A stretch of 64,000 bases of DNA from Halobacteriales archaeon QS_4_70_19 (GTDB lineage: Archaea; Halobacteriota; Halobacteria; Halobacteriales; Haloarculaceae). Positions 21,432 through 30,888 of this stretch are shown here, piece by piece. Below the pieces are notes generated by a model. It was not told where the DNA came from. It saw only the letters and a list, made by a program, of their open reading frames with translations, and searched no databases. Position numbers and translations under genes: made by a program. Position 1 is the first letter of the stretch. Each line of letters opens with the position of its first letter. The stretch is from NCBI GenBank assembly GCA_003020985.1, contig PXRM01000025.1, forward strand, positions 15,830-79,829, read 5' to 3'.

Positions 21432-21643
21432 TGGTGCTATATCTACGATAGGTGGCATATATTAATTTATTGGCCGCCTCGAAGGGAATAGGACGTGAGG
21501 CGTCCGACGATCGCCGGAAGACGGCCGGGAAGAGCCGTATGGCCTCAATGTAGTGGTGAACTGACACCCGAGGGACACGTCAATCTCGAAAGCAGCGTGG
21601 ACGAGCGGGCAGCTACGGGGCGCAGCGCCGGTGGCAGGATCAC

Positions 21644-23836
21644 TCACTCGGCGTCCGCGGCCAGTTCGTCGGCGAGGTCGGTCGACCAGTAGAGGCGTCC
21701 GTCGTGACAGGTCGGGAGCGACTGCGCCCGGAGCAGGGCGACGGTGCCGGTCCGGTCGCGTCGGACCCGGGTGACGCACCCGTCCAGATGGTCACCGTCG
21801 GCGAACGGGGAGCGGTGGCTCCGCCCCGGCGCGTCGGTCGAGAGCACCTCCCGGGTCACCTCGAACCCCGTCTCCGTCTCAGCGACGTGCAGCACCGCCG
21901 GTTCCCCGGCCGGGACCGGCGCGTACGTCCCGTCGCCGACGACGGCGTAGTCGCTCCCCGTGAGGACCTGCTGGCGGGCCAGCGAGAGCGCCCGCTCGAA
22001 GTCCACGCCGTGGATGAGCAGGCGGGCGAACGCGGTCCCGACCGTCGCCGCGTGCCGGTCCAGCACCGTCGTCAGCGTCACGGCGCCGGCCACGCTCCCC
22101 CGCTCGACGAGGCGCTGGCCCTGGAGGTAGGACCCGCAGGCGTTCAGGAAGAACGTCCGCGTCCCGACCGTCTCCAGATCCGCCACGTCCAGGTAGCCGT
22201 CACGACACCGGAGTCCCTCGCGCTCGCAGTGACCGATGTAGTGGAGGAAGTCGTGTGGCTGCTCCAGGAGGTCCGCGAGGGCGTGCCGGGAGAGCGAATC
22301 GTGGACGGACACGTCGACCGGCAGGTCGGCGGCCCGCTCGCGGTAGATGTCCGCCACCGTCCGTTCCCCGGTCAGTTCGGGGTCGTTGCAGACGACCGCG
22401 ATGTCGAGCGGCCCCGGCTGGCGGTCGGTCTCGAGCCGGTTCCGGTACGCGGTCGGCGTCGCGTTGAACACCTCGACGGGCGTCCCCTCGGCGAGCCAGC
22501 CGTGGAGCCGGGCGTCACAGAGGTCGGGTGCGAGGCGGTCGGCGGTCGCCACGTCGCCGGCCGTACGGCACGTCCCACTGTCGCCCGTCGCTATCGGCGA
22601 ACTCTCGTCGACCCGGCCGGTGGCCGGCCCCCGGTAGAACCCGTCGAGCGCCCGCCGGAGGAGCGACCCGCCGTCCAGTTCCGACGCCGACGCGGGACAG
22701 ATCAGGCTCAGGCGGTCGAGCAGGTGCGGGAGGCAGCGGACCGTCCGCTCTCCCCCGTCGACGTACGTCGCCAGCGGCCACGTCGGGAGGTCGGCCTCGA
22801 TCCGGTCGAACGGCGCCTCGAGGTAGGCCGCCAGCCGGCCAGCGGGCGACAGTGATCGGAGGTGGGGCGCCTCCAGTCCCGCCCGATCGAGGAGGTCCGT
22901 CGCGGCCAGGCGCTCACCCGGCCGGTCACGGACCAGACAGTCGAGGAAGAAGACCCGGCGGAGCAGCGCGGCCGTCTCGTCGGCGAAGGCGCCCTCCTCG
23001 CTCGGGAGCGTGCGGTCGACGCCCGCTCCCGGCGCCCGGAGCCTGGGTGTCGCTCCCTCCGCCACGTGTACCGACGCGCCGAGGTAGAACGCGAGCGGTG
23101 CCGCGAGCGAACAGGTCGACAGCGTCGCCGGCAGGTGGAGGTCGATATCGGGCCCTGGGGTCGCCTGCCGGACCACGGCCGGGATGTCCGTCGTCTCGCC
23201 CGGCGTCACGAGCGGTGGGTGGTCCCGCTGGGACGGGTGGGACCGCTCCGGACCGGTCGTCCGCAGCGCCGCCGAGGCGTGCGTGAGCACCGTCGCGACA
23301 CCGTCGGGTGTCGGGGGGACCGTCATCGTCGGCGGATCGGTGGCGCCGTCGCGGAAGCCGACCGTGACCCGCGTGGGGTCGGCGAAGGCGACGGTGATGC
23401 GGGCACCAGGGTCGGCGGTGGTCGCCGGCGAACCACCGTCCATCGGGCCGCGGGCCGCCCACTCGCGTCCAGCGGGCCATTCGCTGTCACCCGTTTCCCC
23501 ACCGCTCCCGCTCGCGAGGGTCGGTGTCGTGACCCGTGCGGCGTCGTCGAACCGGAGGACGGTCTCGACGGGGCCGTCCGGGACGACCAGTACCTCCTCG
23601 TCACCGAGCGAGACCCGGCCGGTCGCTCGCCGGGTCCCCGCTGGCCCGCGGACCCGGGCGACCGGTCCCGGGAGCGACAACTGCTTGGTCCGCCCGTCAG
23701 CCTGCGCGTCGACCGGGTGTGGCAGTGGGCGTCCCGCGCCTGCCGGCACCCGGTCCCACGCGGCCGCCTCGACACGGACCGACCCCCGGTGGCCCTGTGC
23801 GACGATTCCCGACCCCTTCGAGACACACCATGCCAT
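21644..23836 (-). CDS. large haloarchaeal protein with a C-terminal CHAT/caspase-like domain
   Basis: HDFLHYIGHC...FFLNACGS His/Cys arrangement; start uncertain. Confidence 0.7.
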   Translation of the reverse strand: MAWCVSKGSGIVAQGHRGSVRVEAAAWDRVPAGAGRPLPHPVDAQADGRTKQLSLPGPVARVRGPAGTRRATGRVSLGDEEVLVVPDGPVETVLRFDDAARVTTPTLASGSGGETGDSEWPAGREWAARGPMDGGSPATTADPGARITVAFADPTRVTVGFRDGATDPPTMTVPPTPDGVATVLTHASAALRTTGPERSHPSQRDHPPLVTPGETTDIPAVVRQATPGPDIDLHLPATLSTCSLAAPLAFYLGASVHVAEGATPRLRAPGAGVDRTLPSEEGAFADETAALLRRVFFLDCLVRDRPGERLAATDLLDRAGLEAPHLRSLSPAGRLAAYLEAPFDRIEADLPTWPLATYVDGGERTVRCLPHLLDRLSLICPASASELDGGSLLRRALDGFYRGPATGRVDESSPIATGDSGTCRTAGDVATADRLAPDLCDARLHGWLAEGTPVEVFNATPTAYRNRLETDRQPGPLDIAVVCNDPELTGERTVADIYRERAADLPVDVSVHDSLSRHALADLLEQPHDFLHYIGHCEREGLRCRDGYLDVADLETVGTRTFFLNACGSYLQGQRLVERGSVAGAVTLTTVLDRHAATVGTAFARLLIHGVDFERALSLARQQVLTGSDYAVVGDGTYAPVPAGEPAVLHVAETETGFEVTREVLSTDAPGRSHRSPFADGDHLDGCVTRVRRDRTGTVALLRAQSLPTCHDGRLYWSTDLADELAADAE

Positions 23837-23969
23837 CCGTAGGCCTCTCCCGGGTCATCGGCAATAGAACTACCGCCCCGAAGGCCCGGGAGTTTTTTAC
23901 CGGTAGCGTCACCCGCCCGGATTGCCGCGGACGGGAAGCTACTTCCGCGCCCACCCCCGACGCCCTCAC

Positions 23970-25220
23970 ATGTACGACCGCGTCCGCGAGACCGACCCGG
24001 CTGTGGCCGACGCCCTCGCCGGTGAGGTGGACCGCCAGCGCGAGACCCTCGCGATGATCGCCTCCGAGAACCACGTCTCCCCCGCGGTGCTGGAGGCACA
24101 GGGCTCGGCGCTCACCAACAAGTACGCCGAGGGCTACCCCGGCGAGCGCTACTACGCCGGCTGCGAGTTCGCCGACGAGGTCGAGCAGCTGGCCATCGAG
24201 CGCGCGAAGGAGCTCTGGGGCGCCGAGCACGTTAACGTCCAGCCCCACTCCGGCACGCAGGCCAACATGGGCGTCTACCTCGCCTTCCTCGACCCGGGCG
24301 ACAGGATCCTCTCGCTCGACCTGAACCACGGCGGCCACCTCTCGCACGGACACCCCGCCAACTTCACCGGCCAGACCTACGAGGTCCAGCAGTACGAGGT
24401 GAACCCCGAGACCGGCTACCTGGACTACGAGGGACTCCACGAGATGGCCGAGGAGTTCGAGCCCGACGTCGTCGTCTCGGGCTTCTCCGCGTACCCGCGC
24501 GAGGTCGAGTTCGACCGCGTACAGGCGGCCGCCGATGCCGCCGGCGCCTACCACCTCGCCGACATCGCCCACATCACCGGGCTCGTGGCCGCCGCCGAGC
24601 ACCAGTCGCCCGTCGGGACCGCCGACTTCGTCACCGGCTCCACGCACAAGACCATCCGCGCCGGCCGCGGCGGCATCATCATGACCGACGGGGAGCACGC
24701 CGACGACATCGACCCCGCCGTCTTCCCCGGCGGGCAGGGCGGCCCCCTGATGCACAACATCGCCGGCAAGGCCGTCGGATTCGAGGAAGCGCTCCAGCCC
24801 GACTTCGAGGCGTACGCCGCGCAGGTCGTCGACAACGCGAAGGCGATGGCCGAGGTCTTCCGCGACCACGGTCTCTCGCTGGTCTCCGACGGCACGGACA
24901 CCCACCTCGTGCTGGTCGACCTGCGCGACTCCCATCCGGACCTCTCCGGCGGCACCGCCGAGGAGGCCATGGAGGGGACGGGCCTGGTGCTGAACGCCAA
25001 CACCGTCCCCGACGAGAGCCGCTCCCCGTTCGACCCGTCCGGCATCCGCGTCGGCACGCCCGCGCTCACCACGCGCGGCATGGAGGAGAAGGCCGTGAGC
25101 GAGGTCGCCCACCTCATCTGCCGGGTGCTCGACGACCACGACCGGCAGCCGGTCCTGGACGAGGTCTCCGAGCAGGTCGACGCGCTCTGTGCCGACTACC
25201 CGCTGTACGAGGGGCTCTGA
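23970..25220 (+). CDS. glyA: serine hydroxymethyltransferase
   Basis: IASEN, NKYAEGYPG, VQPHSG, GGHLSHG, STHKT. Confidence 0.97.
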   Translation: MYDRVRETDPAVADALAGEVDRQRETLAMIASENHVSPAVLEAQGSALTNKYAEGYPGERYYAGCEFADEVEQLAIERAKELWGAEHVNVQPHSGTQANMGVYLAFLDPGDRILSLDLNHGGHLSHGHPANFTGQTYEVQQYEVNPETGYLDYEGLHEMAEEFEPDVVVSGFSAYPREVEFDRVQAAADAAGAYHLADIAHITGLVAAAEHQSPVGTADFVTGSTHKTIRAGRGGIIMTDGEHADDIDPAVFPGGQGGPLMHNIAGKAVGFEEALQPDFEAYAAQVVDNAKAMAEVFRDHGLSLVSDGTDTHLVLVDLRDSHPDLSGGTAEEAMEGTGLVLNANTVPDESRSPFDPSGIRVGTPALTTRGMEEKAVSEVAHLICRVLDDHDRQPVLDEVSEQVDALCADYPLYEGL

Positions 25221-25298
25221 CGGGATAATCCGGATATTACCGCGTAATCCTCCCGCTGATACGGATATCGGGCAGGTATCTCCGTACTCCCGTCCTCC

Positions 25299-25378
25299 GA
25301 CCGGCACCGCTGCCGCCCACGTCCAGACCGGTACCGCTGCCGCCCACGTCCAGACCGGTACCGCCGCCGCCCACGTCC
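25299..25378 (+). repeat. 27-bp tandem repeat x3 (GACCGGTACCGCTGCCGCCCACGTCCA)
   Basis: Copies start at 25299, 25326 and 25353, just upstream of a TATAA box (~25404). Confidence 0.9.
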
Positions 25379-25433
25379 CGTCCGGCGCCGCCCGCCACCC
25401 GTCTATAAGACGCCGCCGGCCGAACTACGACCC

Positions 25434-25970
25434 ATGAAGATCTACACGGGTCGCGGCGACGAGGGGATGACGGATCTCCGGGACATGAGCCGCGTCTCGA
25501 AGACGAGCGCGCGCATCGAGGCGTACGGGACCGTCGACGAGGCGAACACGGTCGTCGGGATGGTCCGGCCCTCCGGGTACGACGACATCGACGAGAAGCT
25601 CGAGGCCATCCAGAACCACCTCCACATCATCCAGGCCGACTTCGCCAACCCCGACGTTGACGACGAGGACGCCCCTCACCTGGCGGAGCGACACGTCGAG
25701 GTGCTGGAGGACTGGATGGACGAACTGGACGAGGAGCTGGAGCCGCTGGAGCAGTTCATCCTCCCGGGCGGGAGCGAGGCCGGCGCGCACCTCCACCACG
25801 CCCGCGCGGTCGTGCGACGTGCCGAGCGCCGCGCCGTCGACCTGGCGTCGGACCAGCCCGTCAACGAGACGGCCGTCGCCTACCTCAACCGGCTCTCGGA
25901 CGCGCTGTTCGTCTTCGGTCGCGTCGTCAACCAGCGCGACGGCGTCCCCGAGGGGCCGCCGGTGTACTGA
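25434..25970 (+). CDS. pduO: cob(I)alamin adenosyltransferase, PduO type
   Basis: MKIYTGRGDEGMT, RIEAYGTVDE, FILPGG, RRAER, YLNRLSD. Confidence 0.95.
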   Translation: MKIYTGRGDEGMTDLRDMSRVSKTSARIEAYGTVDEANTVVGMVRPSGYDDIDEKLEAIQNHLHIIQADFANPDVDDEDAPHLAERHVEVLEDWMDELDEELEPLEQFILPGGSEAGAHLHHARAVVRRAERRAVDLASDQPVNETAVAYLNRLSDALFVFGRVVNQRDGVPEGPPVY

Positions 25971-26015
25971 GCGCCGGGGGCCGACTCCCGGCCGCCGGCG
26001 CCGGGTGACCGCGGC

Positions 26016-26630
26016 TCAGTCCCCGGCCGGCTCCCGGTGGTCGACCAGGACCCGGGGGATGGACTCGATGACGTCCATTGCCCGCATGCCGATGCTGTAC
26101 TGCCCGCTCGCCGGCGCGCCCGACGAGCCAGATACCGGGCCGGGCGGCCGCAGCGCGATCCAGGCCCCGTCCGAGGAGCGAGGTGACGATGCCGGCGCGC
26201 GTGTCGCCCGTTCCGCCGACCGTCATCTCCGGAGTCCCCGTCTCGTTGGTCCACCGCTTCCCGCCGGCGTGGATTTCGTCGGTCCCGCCCATCGAGACGA
26301 CGACCGCCCCCGTCTCCGCCGCGAACGCCGCCACGGACTCGTACTGCTCGGTGATCACGTCCACCTCGTTGGCGTCGGGCGTGAACACGGCGTTCGGGAA
26401 CGACCCCTCGCCCGGCGCGGCGGATGGCGTTGGCGTCGACGACCGAATCCTCCGAGAAGCCGGCGACGGCGGTCAGCACCCGCTCCGAGGTGACGGTCCT
26501 CGTGATGTCCGTCCCCATCCGGAGCGCGGCCTCCGCCGCGAATGCGGGTGGGCCCGCGTGTCCCGCACAGCCACCTACGACGCCGACGCGGCCGCGGTCG
26601 CCCTTCCCCGTCGCCCGAGAGAAGTTCCAT
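26016..26630 (-). pseudogene. NAD(P)H-hydrate dehydratase (NnrD/YjeF C-terminal) remnant
   Basis: Pieces in different frames: GDRGRVGVVGG..GPPAFAAEAALRMGTD; VVDANA; VFTPD; MTVGGTGDT.AG; the middle is missing. Confidence 0.8.
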
Positions 26631-26742
26631 CAGGAGTTACTCCGTACGGCGGGTACGCGGGAGCGCCCGGTGAGGGCGCGGCCTGCGCCGGTGTCCGCCG
26701 ACCGCGATGGTCGCGGTCAGGAGCGCCGCGGGGCCGGAGGAC

Positions 26743-28648
26743 TCAGTCGTCCGTGGCTGCCTCGGCGGCCGCCCCCGTCTCCGCGTCGCCGCGGCCGTAG
26801 ATGTCGTTGATGAGGTCCTCGTGTCGGCTCCGGATGATACGGCGCTTCTTCTTCAGCGACGGCGTGAGGGCGTCGTTCTCGGCGGTCCACTCCTCGGGGG
26901 CGAGCCGGAACTCCTTGATGCGCTCGGACTTGCCGAGATCCTCGTTGATGCGGTCGACGTCCTCGGCGACCCACTCGCGGACGCGCTCGTCGTTGACGAC
27001 GGCCTGCTGGTCGTCGGGCAGGTCGACGCCCTCCTCGTCGGCCCACTCCTGGAGCTGTTCGAAGTTCGGGACGACAATCGCGGCGATGAACTTCTCGTCG
27101 TCGCCCACGACCATGATCTGGTCGACGCGGGCGGAGGTGGCGAACTCGTCCTCGATGGGCTCGGGGGCGACGTTCTTCCCCGTGTCCAGCACGAGGAGGT
27201 TCTTCCGGCGGTCGACGAACGAGTAGTAGCCGTCGTCGCGGGGGCCCCTTCGCCAGCAGCTCGCCCACCTCACCCTCGGCGCCCTCTTTCTGCTCGGGCG
27301 AGACGACGCTGCGGTCGAGCTTCAGCTCCACGTCGTAGAGTGCGGGGCCCATCGTCCCGACCTTGATGTTCTCGGGCGGGTTGAACACGAGGCCGGGGGC
27401 CGTCTCCGTGAGCCCGTACCCCTCGATGATGGTGATGCCCATCGCCCGGTACAGCCTGGCGAGGTCCTCGGAGAGGGAGCCGCCGCCGGAGACGAACAGC
27501 TCGATGTTCCCACCCAGCGCCTCCCGGACCTTCGAGAAGACGAGCCTGTCGGCCACCTTCATCCTCGTCCGCAGGCCGACCCCGGGCGACTCGGCGTGGT
27601 CGTAGGCCTTGCCGATCTCGACGGCCCACTCGAAGATGCGCTTCGAAACCGCCGAGTCGCTGGCCTGCTCGCGCATCCCGTTGTAGATGCGCTCGTACAC
27701 CCGCGGGACGGAGTTGGCGAGCTGGGGCTTGACCTGCGCGATGTCGTCACCGACCGTGTCGGGCGACTCGGCGTAGCCGATGGTGATGCCGGAGGCGAGC
27801 GACTGGAAGTGGCCGGAGCGCTCGAACGCATGCGCCAGCGGCAGGAACGCGAGCGACGTCTTGCCGGCCTCGAACGTCGGCATGTCCGCGGGCTTGTCCG
27901 GCCGGGGCCCGAGCCGCTTGCGCACCGCGTTCATCAGGCTCCGCCAGTGTCTGTGCTGGAGCATCACACCCTTCGGGTCGCCGGTCGTCCCGGAGGTGTA
28001 GACCAGCGAGGAGAGTTCAGTCCAGTCGCGTCGGTCGAGCCAGCGGTCGACCTGATCGCGGTCGAACCCGTCGTCGCCGAGCTCGTACACCCCGGCGAGC
28101 GTGTGGACGTCGGCGGAGATGGGGTCGGTCGCCTCGTCGGACACGTCGTCGAGCGTGACGACGAACGCGAGGTCGAGTTCGTCCTCCACCTTCGCCAGCG
28201 TCTCCAGCAGGGCGGCGTTCTCCACGACGGCGCCCATCGAGCCGGGGTCCTCGAGGAGGTACTTCACCTGCCGGGGGCTCGACTCCGTGTAGACCGTGGT
28301 CGCGACCCCCTCGGCGGTCTGGATGGCCAGGTCCGCGTGGGCCCACTCCATCCGCGTGTCGGCGTAGATGCTCACGCGGTCGTCGGCCTCCACGCCGAGC
28401 TCCCGGAAGCCGACGGCCAGCCGCGCGACGATCTCGCCGACCCGCTCGTACGTGAGCGGTGCATACTCCCCGTCCGGCGCCGCCGGGACGATGCCTGCCG
28501 ACACTAGCGACCGGTCGTAGACGCCGCCCTTGTAGAGCTGGCAGTCCAGATCCCCGTGACGCTCGACCGCGTCGAAGAACGCGACGGGGATGGTCGTCTC
28601 CCCGATGACCTCGTCCGTGTACTCCGCTTCGGCCTGTCGCCAATCCAT
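26743..28648 (-). pseudogene. long-chain fatty acid-CoA ligase with an internal deletion and frameshift at ~27243
   Basis: YTSGTTGDPKG and EGYGLTE are present. After GELLAKGP the ~32 codons found in the paralog at 41695 (NVTEGYW..GWFRTGD) are absent and the frame shifts. Confidence 0.85.
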
Positions 28649-28934
28649 GCGGGGCGGTACCAGCCGGCGACCTTAACTGTAGGGGGCGGTCCCTGGAACG
28701 GCCGTTCAGCCACCACAGCGCCGCCCGCCTCCCCACTGGAGGAGACGAGCCTATCCAGGGCGGCGACGGTGTGAGTATCGGCGCACCCGCCACGCGATTC
28801 TCGGGATACTCCCCGAACGATCCGGAACTCCGTCCAGTAACGCGAAAACATCGGGGATATCAGAGTGGAGGTAGGGGACGACAGTTCTACGCGGCCACCG
28901 CCGCCGTCCCTCCGCTGGGAGGGGTAATCGGCAA

Positions 28935-28945
28935 CCCTTAAGTCT
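28935..28945 (+). promoter_or_regulatory. TATA box of the tRNA-Val promoter
   Basis: CCCTTAAGT about 27-32 bp upstream of the tRNA 5' end. Confidence 0.6.
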
Positions 28946-28969
28946 CGCGCCGCCCCGTGTCCCGAATGC

Positions 28970-29044
28970 GGGTCGGTGGTCTAGACCGGTTATGACGGCT
29001 CCTTCACACGGAGCAGGTCGGCGGTTCGAATCCGCCCCGACCCA
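28970..29044 (+). tRNA. tRNA-Val (anticodon CAC)
   Basis: Acceptor GGGTCGG/CCGACCC+A, anticodon arm GCTCC-TTCACAC-GGAGC, T arm GGCGG-TTCGAAT-CCGCC. Confidence 0.96.
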
Positions 29045-29270
29045 TGCGCGGTCCGCACGGTTCGTAACTGTCTTGTTTTCAGGTGTTTCAGCCTTCGTAG
29101 TGGCTGAATCGGTTTTCAGAAGGGCTTTCGAGCACCCTTCGAAACCGTTGGAACCGTGCGGACTGCGTACGGGGGTCGTCTCCGTCCGGGACTCAGCATA
29201 TACAAAATCGAGGGTGGGCAATAAACGTACGGGGCGCCGGTTTCGACGCATTCCTTCCGTCTGAAGGAAT
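29021..29270 (+). repeat. tRNA 3' end plus conserved left arm, copy 1 (copy 2 at 34682-34932)
   Basis: 47 bp identical (29021-29067 = 34682-34728), followed by ~200 bp of clearly alignable sequence. Confidence 0.92.
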
Positions 29271-29643
29271 ACATGCAAGTGGACTGTCAGTGAATATTAG
29301 TGAACTATCGACTCTCTATCACATCGGAGATGCTATCTAAAAATACATCGAATAATTCCTCTTAAATACATACTGGGACTTCATTCTCGGGTTTCTCAGG
29401 GGTTATTCGACAGGAGTGTGTAGGCGACACGGTAGTGCCGATCAGGTTGAGCGCTGAAGGTTCGTCCGGATGAATTGGTGTCGGGACTTCGCTGTCACCT
29501 TATTCCAAGCTGTTAAGTGCGAGACTGCGACTCCATCTTTTCCTGGGCAGAAATCCAGATGACCCAGTAGCATTCGGCGAACGACGTTCCTTTTTCTGAC
29601 CCACCACGTACACTTATAAATCACGCAACAATACCCCAGGCCA

Positions 29644-30888
29644 ATGAACAGCTCCGCTGACAACGGGTATACCCTCGATCAAGCGAAGGAGAATCTCAAC
29701 GTTCTTCGGACGGTTGACGACCAGGTTGTCGAAGCCATCGAATCAGCGGCAAGTGAGGACGTCCTCGAATTTCTGATCATAGAACAGCAACTGGATATTC
29801 ATCATGAGGGGGACCAAGGTGTCGGCCCGATTCGGCGCGCAGTCCTGAAATCGTCGAGGGCTTCTCGTGATCTCAAGCGGACAGTCATCACCCGGGGTGA
29901 CGATACACCGAGTTCGATTCTCGTACCAGAAGACGTCAAACGGAACGCACGCACCGCTCTGAAAACGGGAAAGCCCGTGGTTCTCTACGGTCCGACCGGG
30001 ACTGGCAAGACCACGTTCGCCAAGCAGCTCGCACTCCGACATTGCGTCGGGTACTCACTCCACACTGCCACTCCATCTTGGACTGCCAAGGACATCGTTG
30101 GGGGCATTGGGCCGAATCTCACTGGGACTCGAATGAGTTCAATCACGTATCATACTGAACTCGGTGCGGTGACTGAAGGAGTAAAGCGGGCCCGGGATTT
30201 CGAGATTCCGTATACTGTCATCCTTGACGAAATTACCAGGGCCGACATTTCCCAGATTTTCGGCCCGCTCTACACTGCCATCGAGAATCGGAATCAAACG
30301 CTCATCGAGACCGACGACGGAGAGGCCATCGAACTCGACGAGGACCTTAGCATCATCTGCACGATGAACATGTCGGATCGAACGGTGAACGAACTGGACA
30401 ATGCTATTACGCGGCGGTTCGCCATGGTGGAACTCGACGAGTACGAGGACGAGGATCGGCGTGCGTTGTTCGAGGGCTGGCTTGACGAGAATCTCGAAAA
30501 TATCCCGCTCGTGGAAAACGAAGACCTGCTTAACTTGTTCGAGGCCGACTACGATGGCATCAATAATGGCTCGGAACAGGCATCACGCGGGCCGATCATG
30601 CGCTTCGGTCCGATGCACTACCGCGACGTGACGGTCTTCCTGCGCGAAGCGCTACAGGACGAAGAGCTGTATATGAATGCACCGGAGGAAGCGGTCGGTC
30701 AAGCGTTCCGTACATTCATCGTCCCCCGGCTTCTGAACTCGGCGGCGTTCCCGCAGATCGAACAGATCGAGGAACACTACCGGGCGCTGAACAAGTCCTT
30801 CGATATGTTCAACCTCACACCGGCCGCCGAGCTAGCTAGCCGGGAACTCGAGGCCGAACGCCGGCAGATGGATTCTTACGGGCAATGA
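29644..30888 (+). CDS. McrB-family AAA+ GTPase with a short N-terminus
   Basis: Walker A GPTGTGKT, Walker B ILDEITRAD, McrB signature TMNMSDRT..LDNAITRRF; CTTATAAA ~25-30 bp upstream. Confidence 0.88.
   Translation: MNSSADNGYTLDQAKENLNVLRTVDDQVVEAIESAASEDVLEFLIIEQQLDIHHEGDQGVGPIRRAVLKSSRASRDLKRTVITRGDDTPSSILVPEDVKRNARTALKTGKPVVLYGPTGTGKTTFAKQLALRHCVGYSLHTATPSWTAKDIVGGIGPNLTGTRMSSITYHTELGAVTEGVKRARDFEIPYTVILDEITRADISQIFGPLYTAIENRNQTLIETDDGEAIELDEDLSIICTMNMSDRTVNELDNAITRRFAMVELDEYEDEDRRALFEGWLDENLENIPLVENEDLLNLFEADYDGINNGSEQASRGPIMRFGPMHYRDVTVFLREALQDEELYMNAPEEAVGQAFRTFIVPRLLNSAAFPQIEQIEEHYRALNKSFDMFNLTPAAELASRELEAERRQMDSYGQ

Noticed and set aside
19249-21567. Long Arg/Pro-rich ORFs in alternative frames (also 11350-13170, 23697-25307, 54221-56113, 60602-62398)
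   Set aside because: Shadow ORFs of high-GC coding DNA that overlap well-supported acidic proteins.
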